From NCBI RefSeq assembly GCF_006345805.1, contig NC_043003.1, positions 95,666,001 through 95,730,000 of the forward strand: a stretch of 64,000 nucleotides of DNA. Reading direction: 5' to 3'. Every line of letters begins with the position of its first letter. The stretch's first letter is position 1. This document shows, one piece after another, positions 52,615 through 64,000 of the stretch. Below the pieces are notes generated by a model, which did not search any database, had not been told where the DNA came from, and saw only the letters and a program-made list of their open reading frames with translations. This DNA comes from Octopus sinensis. Lineage: Eukaryota. Position numbers and translations under genes: made by a program.

Positions 52615-54071
52615 TGTATAATGTTAATAACAGAAGCTTTGCTTCTTCTGATATTTAAAGATTTGTGTACAAAAATAGAAGCAAAATGGTCAAGTAGTTA
52701 TGTCACAGGTCATATATCCAAATTTACAGTACTTTGAACACATTGTCACTTCAGCCTAGAACATTTTATTCTATACTGCCTCAGTTAATATGGCTGTTAG
52801 GAATAGATATGGCATCTTCTTGGGAAAGGTCATTAGGACTGATTATCTATTTATATATATATATTACTTGCATTATAAATAGTTAATCAAGATGACTTTA
52901 TTTATTAGTTAAGTACAGAGGGATAAATAGTAATTATTTTATGTTTATGTTCACAAAAATAATCTCATAAGTGACTTTATATGCAATGATAAAAAATAAC
53001 AATGAACTTGAACTGTTAAGGGCAAACAAACATGGAAATATTAAGATAATTTTAGTATGTATGCCATAATAGCTACAAACTTGTTCAGTTAATATAGGGC
53101 CTGAAGCTGGGTACAGGATCTGACAAATTACATACTAATTTCAAACAAATGTATGCTGTTTTTATAAGATATACTTTTTATTAAATATATAGTCTTAAAT
53201 AAAGCAAAAAATTGTCATGTCTTATGTAGCTATGTCATAGATAAGATATCAAGTGCATGGATGTATGTTGAAACATGTTGAATTTGTTTTTCTTCACAGA
53301 ATATACATTTTTCTCCACAAAAAATTTAGGGATTTGTCTCATGTGGCAGTGCATCTTATACTCTGGCAAATACAGTATTTTCTATGCACAGCTGAATTAT
53401 TTATTTTTTAGTTGGTTGCATGGCATGTGCATATGCACCTTAGCTGTACATTGATGTGATGGTCATGGTGTCTGAAGCTTTCTGCAAGGGATTTCTAACT
53501 TGTTAAAGTGTCCCGTTAACACACATAATAGAGGGACACAACCGTCTTTGGAAAACATACCATGCAATAGCAAATCTTGTTAACAAATTTGAGGTTAGTA
53601 ATACTATTTAACAAAGATTAGTCAATTATAAAGTACTCCGGTTAAACAGAGTAAGAAACTGCAGGACCCCATAATATCCTATTCATAGTTAGATCAGCTA
53701 AGTTCTTGAGAATGAAGTTTTTTTGTCCGAACATGACAAAGAAAGTAAGCCCTTATATTTTCATTGTGGAGACACATGCCCTAACAACTTAGCCTCCCAT
53801 TTCAGAATGAGGAGTAAGACCATATTAGCTTCAACAATCCGGATATAATTGTCAAAAAGAGGAATGAGAAGGAAGAGTAAACAATTTAGAAAGGTCCTTA
53901 CCTGTCATAAAGCTAGATTTTAAATAATTAGAGTGGCTAGCAAGTAAACAAGGGCTACACTTGTTGCATCATTAATGATACTGTGTATTAAGTGACTGTT
54001 ATATAAGCAAGGCCTTTTGAAAACGTACTTAACACGGTAGAGATAGAATTGATTGAAATGAACCACAGTGT

Positions 54072-54447
54072 ATCATCATCATCATCGTTTAGCATCCGCT
54101 TTCCAAGCTAGCATGGGTTGGATGGTTCAACTGGGGTCTGGGAAGCCAGAAGGCTGCACCAAGCCCAGTCTGATCTGGTAATGTTTCTACAGCTGGATGC
54201 CCTTCCTAATGCCAACCACTCCGTGAGTGTAGTGGGTGCTTCTTACGTGCCACTGGCACAGGTGCCAGATGAGGCTGGCAAACAGCCACGATCGGATGGT
54301 GCTTTTTATGTGCCACCGGCACGGAGGCCAGGCAAGGCTGGCAATGGCCATGATCGGATGGTGCTTTTTACATGCCACCGGCACGGAGGCCAGGTGAGGC
54401 TGGCAATGGCCATGATCAGATGGCGCTTTTTATGTGCCACTGGCACT
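54072..54447 (-). mobile_element. RTE 3'-UTR C, young, four VNTR units
   Basis: Close reverse-complement match to 44200-44540. Confidence 0.88.
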
Positions 54448-54613
54448 GAACATGCCATACTTTTACAATGACTCTGTCATATACAATAGACCCAAGGTAG
54501 AATTCACCAATATTACTAATTAACAAAATAACTGTTTATTATACAAGCATCTAATATGCTTCATAAAGTGGTTGGCATTAGGAAGGACATCCTACTGTAG
54601 GAACCATGCCAAA

Positions 54614-55031
54614 GGCAGCAAGCTGGGAGAAACGTTAGCACACCGGGCGAAATGCATAGCCGTATTTTGTCTGCCATTACGTTCTGAGTTCAAATTCCGC
54701 CAAAGTTGACTTTGCCTTTCATCATTTTGGAGTCGATAAATTAAGTACCAGTTACACTCTGGGGTCGATGTAATCGACTTAATCTATTTGTCTGTCCTTG
54801 TTTGTCTCCTCTGTTTATAGCCCCTTGTGGATAGTAAAGAAATAGGTATTTCATGTGTCTTTACGTTCTGAGTTCAAATTCTATCAAGGTCAACTTTGCC
54901 TTTCATTCTTTCGAGGTTGATAAATTTAGTACCAGTTACGCACTGGGGTCGATGTAATCGACTTAATCCCTTTGTCTGTCCTTGTTTGTCCCCTCTATGT
55001 TTAGCCCCTTGTGGGCAATAACGAAATAAGA
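54614..55031 (+). mobile_element. Dimeric SINE B inserted into an older RTE 3'-UTR copy (54560-55140)
   Basis: 12-bp TSD AACCATGCCAAA at 54602-54613 and 55032-55043; the second monomer restarts at GGTATTTC. Confidence 0.88.
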
Positions 55032-55638
55032 AACCATGCCAAAGCAGTCATTGGAGTTCAGCACAGTCCTGTAGCTCATCAGATCCTGTCAAACAATTCA
55101 ACTGATACCAGCATGGTAGATGGACATTAAATGGCGATGATGTTGATAATGTTGTTGCTGACGATGATAGTATACAATATTCTTGCAATAAGCTGTAAAC
55201 CAGAAAGAGTTAAAAGTTTTCAACTAGCATATTTCACCACTATCTGTGGCAAGATATGAACTGTTAATCCTTTGTCCATTATCAATTCTGCCAATGACTA
55301 TTCTCACATGAAAATGGTTCAGACCATTCTTTGACTTTAACAAGTCATGAAAAAACAATTCTACAGAATTGTGCTAAAGGTAAAAAGAGAAGGCATTAGT
55401 TGGGAATTAAAATGATGCATTCAAGTGTGTATTTCTTGAAATATACAAGAACTACTGTTGCTGCAACTGAAGCATTGGTCAGAGCCCATTAGAAATAGAT
55501 TGACAGCACCAAAGGTTTATGCAATGGCTCTATCACCACAACAATTATAAGAATAGAAGGAAAACAAAACAAAAAAATGAATAAGTATCCAAATTTATCA
55601 GATCTGGTAATATTTTAAGAAAGAACTCAATAGTTACT

Positions 55639-55850
55639 AGGGAGTGCTAAAAAGCTTCTGACTTTGTGTAAAAAAACACAGTAGGATCAGTTAATTATGA
55701 TTTTACTCAACATATTTCCCTCTCAGATTCACACACTTATTGCAGTGGTCCTTCAGTTTTCCTAAGTCCTGTAAAAGAACTCGGAAGGTTAGGCCTCCAA
55801 ACAGGCTTTCACGATACCCCTAAAGCCAGGAACTTTTCAGCACCCCCTCA
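55639..55850 (-). mobile_element. Mariner-derived MITE, uninterrupted copy
   Basis: Colinear reverse complement of 25461-25898 without the piggyBac insert. Confidence 0.85.
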
Positions 55851-56282
55851 TTCTATCCAATTTTAGATTTTGTCTAAACCCTTACGGATATATGCTGACA
55901 ACATTACAAATTGCAACATATTAATATAAAATATTTACCCAAAATTTGCAAAAGTAATTTAGAATACAAAATAAAATTAATCACTTCTGCATTTTCTATG
56001 TTTATATAATCATCTAAATGGAACCCAAAATAGAACAAAAGCCTATGTCAAATAAAAACTCAAGTTACTGAAACTGACAATGTTTTTCTTTTGTAAACTT
56101 TTCCATATGGCAAATGGTTAAATGCTTTTTTTAATGCCTTTAAAATTATTAAAGCAGATTGTATTTTTTATAAATTTCTATAAAAGACATTTATTGTATT
56201 AAATAATTTATATTCAAAAACATATTTCTACTAGAACAATTTATAAACATGAATTGAAATGAATATATTTTACTTTAAAATA

Positions 56283-56284
56283 AC

Positions 56285-56330
<46 letters not shown>

Positions 56331-57245
56331 TAATAATAATAATAATAATAATAATCTTTTCTACTATAGGCACAAAGCCTTGAAATTTTGTGGGAGGTGA
56401 CTAGTCAATTACATTGACCACAGTGTCTCACTGGTACTTAATTTATGAACCCCAAAAGGATGAAAAGCAAAGCTGACTTCAGCAGAATTTGCACTCAGAA
56501 TGTAGTGAAGGGCAAAATACCACAAAGCATTTTGTCCAGCATACTAACGATTCTGCCAGCTTGCCAATAATAAAAATAACAATAGACAATGCAAAGAGCA
56601 CAATACAATTGCAACAGATATTTTATTGGTTGAACGATATTTAGACAGCTAGCCTGTCATTGTCAAGTTCAAAATGGAAAGTGATACATAGAAATTCAAA
56701 ATTTGAATGAGGGTAACCAGTGCTCCCACATTGATAGAATGACATAATATTTTTAAAATATCATAATAATAACAATAATAATTATTATTATAATCCTTTC
56801 TACTATAGGCACAATGCCTGAAATTTTGGTGAGATGGGGTTAGTCAATTACATCAACCCCAGTACTTAATTTATCGACCTCAAATGGATGAAAAGCAAAG
56901 CCAACCTCAGCAGAATTTGAACTCAGAATGTAAAGACGGATGAAATGCTGCTAAGCATTTTTCCCAGCTAGCTAATGGTTCTACCAGCTTGCCACCTTAA
57001 TAATAATAACAATAATGGTTTCAAATTTTGGCACCAAGCCAGCAATTTAAGGGAAGGGAGTAAGTCAATTACATTGACCCCAATGCTCAGCTGATACTCA
57101 TTTTATCAACCTCAGAAGGATGGAAAGTAAAGTCAACCTCAGCAGAATTTGAACGCAGAGCATAAAGACGGATGAAATGATGTTAAACATCTTTGCCTGG
57201 CAGCTTGCTACCTTAATAATAACAACAACAACAACAACAACAACA
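56283..57245 (-). mobile_element. Three SINE B' copies (56356-56567, 56793-56998, 57016-57212) embedded in (AAT)n tracts
   Basis: Each has the B core and is bordered by AAT repeats. Confidence 0.82.
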
Positions 57246-57668
57246 TTAATAATAATTAAAAAAACTGGGAGGGTAATTACTTTTAGTGAGGAAAACAAAA
57301 TGCATGTGAGACTTTTTTTTTTAACATTTTTACATCCAGTTTCTCTGCTTCCATAATTGGAATGATTCCCTATATGCTTAGATATTATAAAACATTCATC
57401 TCATGGCTGCATTCTCAATCCTAGAATTTTACAGTCAACCAAGTCATTAAAAAACAACCACATGGATAAAGAATCATCAACGGTTCTTTCTCTTGTTTGA
57501 AGGAATCCCAGCTGTCCTATAATTACTGGAGTATTCCAACATGCCCCCATTCCAGGTTACTCCATTCCAGTGGGGCAAGTTGGGATGTCTGGACTAAAAT
57601 CACAAGAATCATTTTTTTTAGGAATCTTTCTAAGTCACTCATGCATACCTACACACGTATGTGTGTAT

Positions 57669-57702
<34 letters not shown>

Positions 57703-57737
57703 ATAAGTATGTATGCATGTCTATATGTCTGTCTATA

Positions 57738-58795
<1,058 letters not shown>

Positions 58796-58860
58796 GAATA
58801 TAGACAGACAGACATAGAGACATGTATACATACTTTTTTATATACATATGTGTATATATG

Positions 58861-58877
<17 letters not shown>

Positions 58878-58897
<20 letters not shown>

Positions 58898-59625
58898 CTA
58901 GTGACTGAGACTTTTGGAAATATGCTGTCTGTGAGAAGACCCGGCAAGCCAAATGAGACCATAATCTCATGGCCTATGCCAGGGGCATAACCAGCCCACT
59001 AGGTGTACCTTTTACTTCTTTGGACACTAAAACTCTGCTTGTGAAGACCTGTTGAGGAAAGTGAAATCAAAATCAAATTCGATGACTGGCGTCCGTGCTA
59101 GCGGGGTGCACCATACGAGCACCATACGAGTGTGATCATTGACAGAGCGGCTAACCGGCTACTGTGCCAGGGGCACTTAAAAGGCACCATCCAAGTGTGA
59201 TCGTTACCAGAGTCGCCTTACTGGCACTCGAGCCCTGTGCTAGTAGGGTATTAAGAGCACCATCCAAGCGTGATCATTGCCAGAGCGGCTATCTGGCCTC
59301 CGTGCCGGTGGCACATAAAAGACACCATTTGAGCATGATTATTACCAGCATCGCCTTACTGGCACCTGTGCTGGTGGCATGTGTAAAAGATTTGAGCGAA
59401 GTCATTGCCAGTACCACCAGACTGGCCCCGTGCTGTTGGCATGTAAAAGCACCCACTACACTCTTGGAGTGGTTGGCGTTAGGAAGGGCATCCAGCTGTA
59501 GAAACTCTGCCAGATCAAGATTGTAGTCTGGTGAAGCCATCTGGTTCGCCAGCCCTCAGTCCTCAGTCAAATCATCCAACCCATGCTAGCATGGAAAGCG
59601 GACATTAAACGATGATGATGATGAT
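58878..59625 (+). mobile_element. RTE 3' end of a different subfamily (about six VNTR units)
   Basis: ORF-end remnant, alternating VNTR unit types, GGAAGGGCATCC and (GAT)n tail. Confidence 0.82.
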
Positions 59626-59638
59626 ATATGTATGTATG

Positions 59639-59672
<34 letters not shown>

Positions 59673-60115
59673 CGCACACATACATACAAGCATACATACA
59701 GACAGACAGATGAGTGGGCAAACAAATAGACGAAAAGGACCATAACATATCATACTACACTTAACTATAACTATACTATAAATATACTTGAAATATTAAA
59801 TTGATTCACTGTGCTGTACATGCGTGACTGAGTGTGTATTAGAAATATGTCCAACAGGTTAAGAATAATGATTAAGTATGAGTAAGCAAAAATTGATATA
59901 AAAATATAACTGAAAGACTTGATATAAACCAATCTTGACAAGAAAATATAAAATAACATTGTTATAAGAACTATAGATAAAATAAGAAATAATTTCACAA
60001 TACAATAACAATTAATTCAATGTAACAAGAATTCTTACTAACCTCTATTAAAAAAAACTCCACCAAATCCAAAACCATAGTTTGTATTGTGTATAGGTAA
60101 CATAATATTGCTACA

Positions 60116-60427
60116 TAATGTAACACACTCACTGGTAAAATTTCCACTTATTTCTTATTTTTATTTTCCTAAAATTTTTGTTGCGTCTTGCAACCTTTTC
60201 AGTGGTCTTGACTCTGTCTGTGTAAATAACGGACAGAGTCAAGACTATTGAAAAGTTTGCAAGACGCAGCGAAAATTTTAGGAAAATAAGAAATAAGTGG
60301 AAATTTTACCGGTGAGTGTGTTACATTAGAAAATGACAAAAAGAAAATGACTCTCCCCAGACACAACAGAATATGTTTCAACACACGAACTCATATAAAG
60401 AATCTTGCAAACCAAATCCAAAAACGA
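60116..60427 (+). mobile_element. Palindromic MITE-like element with asymmetric 3' extension
   Basis: Hairpin 60116-60328 (arms of about 100 bp, 7-nt loop); flanked by the 12-bp direct repeat AATATTGCTACA (60104-60115, 60428-60439). Confidence 0.82.
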
Positions 60428-60987
60428 AATATTGCTACAGTTTCACATTTAACATGAATTGAATTATTAGAATATTTTATAATGTTTAATATCATATAAT
60501 TAAATACAAATATCAGTTTTAGAAGTTGATCTATGAGCAATGGAAATGCAGTGAGCTGGTAAAATCATTAGCATGTCAGTAAAATGCTTTGCAGAATTTT
60601 GTCTGTCTTCCTGTTCTAAGTTCAAATTCTGCCATGGCTGGCTTTGCCCTTCATCCTTTCAGGCTCAATAAAATAAGTACCAGTTATGCACTGAGGTCAA
60701 TATAATTGACTTACTCCCCAAACTTGCTGGCCTTGTGCCAAAATTTGAAACCAATCTTAGAGCAATGAAAAGGGAATTAATATAACACATACGGCTTATT
60801 TCATTATCATGGTTTTTTTAAAGCATAAGCATAGCTGTTTGGTTAAGAAGCCCATTTTGTAACCATGTGATTTTAGGTTCAACTCTGCTGTGTGACATCT
60901 TGGGCAACCCTGGGAAAACAAATGCCTTGTGAGTGAATTTGGTGGACTTGTTTTTCACACAAATATTAAATTTGCTTAATCATTATA

Positions 60988-61394
60988 GGCGCAGGAGTGG
61001 CTGTGTGGTAAGTAGCTTGCTTATGAACTACATGGTTCCGGGTTCAGTCCCACTGTGAGGCACCTTGGGCAAGTGTCTTCTACTATAGCCTCGGGCCGAT
61101 CAAAGCCTTGTGAGTGGATTTGGTAGATGGAAACTGAAAAAAGCCTGTCGTATATATGTATATATGTATGTGTGTGTGTATATGTTTGTGTGTCTGTGTT
61201 TGTCCCCCCAACATCGCTTGACAACCGATGCTGGTGTGTTTACGTCCCCATCACTTAGTGGTTCGGCGAAAGAGACCAATAAAATAAGTACTAGGCTTAC
61301 AAAGAATAAGTCCTGGGGTCGAGTTGCTCGACTAAAGGCGGTGCTCCAGCATGGCCACAGTCAAATGACTGAAACAAGTAAAAGAGTAAAAGAG
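60988..61394 (+). mobile_element. SINE family A, young full-length copy
   Basis: Near-identical to 34305-34712. Confidence 0.92.
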
Positions 61395-61877
61395 TATTAA
61401 TAGTATTTTAGAAGAAAACAAAAATCTTTATTTAAGCAAAAAAAAAAGTGAAAATCAAAAATAAAATTACAAAAAGATTAAATTATCTAAAAATTTAGGG
61501 GATATTTCGCTTTAGAAAAATATAAGTGAAATCAGAAATCACCTGCCGAACCAGCAACCCCAAAATTATTTCAACAAGGAAATAAAGAAAAAGGAAAAGG
61601 GAATTAAGCAACAAAAGAAGTGGGGAGGGGGAGGAGTAATAAGCTATACACCTCAGTCTGAATGGTGTGTTTAGCTGTGCCCTGCAGATATAATAGCAAA
61701 AGCATTACCACAGCCACCCCCACCACCACCACCACCACCACCTTTATCACACTTTGCAGGGCTCGTTTCTCAGACAGACTTCTGTCATCCCAATTTTATG
61801 GAGGAAATCAGCTGTGCAGAGTCCAAGAACTCCTGAGGTATTGAAGGCAAGTGGTATAAACTGATAGCAGCCAGTCA

Positions 61878-62262
61878 AGGCAAGCTGGCAGAAACATTAG
61901 CACGCCGGGCAAAATGCGTAGCCGTATTTCATCTGCTGTTACATTCTGGGTTCAAATACCGCCGAGGTCGACTTTGCCTTTCATCCTTTCGGGGTCAATA
62001 AATTAAGTACCAGTTATGCACTGGGTCGATGTAATCGACTTAATCCGTTTGCCTGTCCTTGTTTAGCCCCTTGTAGGTAGTAAAGAAATAGGTATGATGC
62101 ATAATTTTGAAGCCTTTGGTAGTCACAGGAAGATTAAATGATATGAAAACATTTTTAATCCTTTTGATGCCTATTTCTTTACTATCCACAAAGGGACTTA
62201 ATCTGCTTGTCTGTCCTTGTTTGTCCCCTCTATGTTTAGCCCCTTGTGGGTAATAAAGAAAC
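61878..62262 (+). mobile_element. SINE B with a rearranged (inverted, then repeated) tail
   Basis: B consensus to 62095; inverted tail copy at about 62168-62195, then a second direct tail. Confidence 0.75.
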
Positions 62263-63511
62263 AGATAATGGATGCAGGTTGAATTCATCAACTACAGCTC
62301 CACAGTAGCATTTGTCTGGCTTACACTTGTGGAGACCAAGGTAGTGGGCCACCCCAGTACGAGTGCATTCATCATCAAGAAAGGTACCAGTTGATGGGGA
62401 GGGTACTAAATTGAGCCATATGCTGCTGTTTGGCTGTCAAGCAGAATGGAGTCAGCTAAGGTGGTGCTAGTTCAAAGAAGCCTCAGTCTACCTGAAGGTA
62501 GACCTGTGTTTGATGTTGTCCCAGTTACTTTAGACATCTGTATTCTGGATGGCAAGGCCCCCCAGAATATAGAGGATTGACAGAAACTGTGTGGAAGCCT
62601 GGTGTGTGTGTGTGTTTGTGCCTGAGTTTCTCCTCTAGCCCATCATTTGACAACTGGTGTTGGTTTATTTACATCCTTGTAACTTTTAACATTTTTACAA
62701 AAGAGACTGATAGAATAAATGCCAGATTAAAAAAACACACAAGTACAGAGGTTGATCTGTAAAACCCTTCAAGGCTGTGTCCCAGCAAGGCCACAGTCTA
62801 AAGATGAAGACAAATAAAAGAAAGACAATAAAAGATGACCTTCTTACTTGAAAAACTGAAGAATGGTAATTAAACTGTAACAGGACCTATTTCTTTTCTG
62901 ACCTTTTATGTTCAACCAGTCATAAGTAGGCTCCACACATTAATCTTTAATGATTGATCGTTTGACTTATCATGTGAGTTTGGAACATTTGGTTGAGTCT
63001 TGTATTTTGATCGGGGATATGGATTTCGGATCCAATCACGTTACATGTAATAAATCTTCAAGCAATTAATCTGAACCATCGCTGTGAGCCCATTTTTGCC
63101 TATAAATAGCTTTGTCAAATCTGTTATGGGCAGAGAGGTGAGAGATTTTCCTGGAGCACGTGTTATGATATTTTCCTGTTATAATAGCACTTTAACCAAT
63201 GATGGCCAGAGTTGAATATTTTTCTAATGATGGATGAACTTTACAACCAACAGAATTCTTGATGAGTATTTTAGTCCACTGTATAATTTAGCAGAAGAAT
63301 AAAGTCTCGTTATTTTTAAGTTTGTTTCATGTATCATTTCCGTGAGTGAAGATACAGCATATATCATATAATGGCATGCAAGATTCTGTAGTAAACCAAG
63401 AGAGATTTTATATCTAACCACTGCTAAAGCTTTAGTTAAAATGCTTGTTTCTCTACCAAACACTCATTCTTTTATCCAAACGCAATGTAGTGTTTGATAA
63501 GGAAGTATATG

Positions 63512-63727
63512 CAGGGTGTTCATAAATTATCTTTACAATTTCCACAATTTATTGCATTGTGTCATCTAGAAGTGTTGCGAGCAACCGATGGAATTCATAT
63601 GGTAGTGTTCTGATGTTTCTAATAGATCTTCATTTGTTTGCCTATAAACTCTGATGAGTTAGCCTTATTTCTAATTTTTTTTTTTTTCTGAATTTTTCTA
63701 TTGTAAAGATGAATTATGGACACCCTG
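63512..63727. mobile_element. Tc1/mariner-derived MITE
   Basis: TIRs CAGGGTGTTCATAAATTATCTTTACAA / TTGTAAAGATGAATTATGGACACCCTG, followed by TA. Confidence 0.82.
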
Positions 63728-63728
63728 T

Positions 63729-63798
<70 letters not shown>

Positions 63799-63895
63799 CT
63801 ACCAAAACCACCATCATCACCACCTTCGTCAACAACAACACCACTGCTGCCACCACCACCACCATCAACATCATCATCATCATCATTGTCATTGT
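63729..63895. repeat. (CAT)n/(CAC)n compound microsatellite at an RTE-type tail
   Basis: Visible directly; source of the poly-H, poly-S, poly-D and poly-M ORFs. Confidence 0.95.
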
Positions 63896-64000
63896 TTAGT
63901 GTCCATTTTCCATGTTGGCATGGTTTAAAAGAAAATATAGAAATACAATTAACTGTATGAGCAATGAAAGATAAAAAGAATCGGATCAACTTGAATTATT

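Noticed and set aside
62900-63470. Coding-like unique segment (ORF 63224-63463)
   Set aside because: Several stops in all frames and no identifiable motif; at most an unclassifiable old element.

Overview
AT-rich, repeat-dense eukaryotic DNA whose repeat content is typical of a coleoid cephalopod, most likely Octopus (inference). No host protein-coding exon could be identified with confidence, and nearly all ORF-track entries are microsatellite or SINE read-throughs. The window is dominated by several modular tRNA-type SINE families (labelled A, B, B' and D here), RTE-clade LINE copies (one near-full-length but dead at 14.4-17.9 kb, one 5'-truncated at 50.1-52.0 kb, and many 3'-UTR-only copies labelled C), a decayed R4/Dong-type LINE with a restriction-like endonuclease (about 41-42.8 kb), Tc1/mariner, piggyBac and hAT relics or MITEs, three long hairpin elements and many microsatellites. 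A CpG-rich zone (about 45-49.8 kb) carries NRF1 and YY1 motifs at 49.2 kb and a splice donor at 48984, suggesting the promoter and first exon of a minus-strand gene whose introns would cover the left part of the window. The most unusual observations are a 177-bp, 98%-identical inverted duplication 4.2 kb apart that brackets a candidate exon, a set of retroposons sitting specifically in (TAA)n tracts, and a hairpin-bearing VNTR in the RTE 3' UTR. SINE and remnant boundaries were read by eye and are approximate unless a TSD is quoted.
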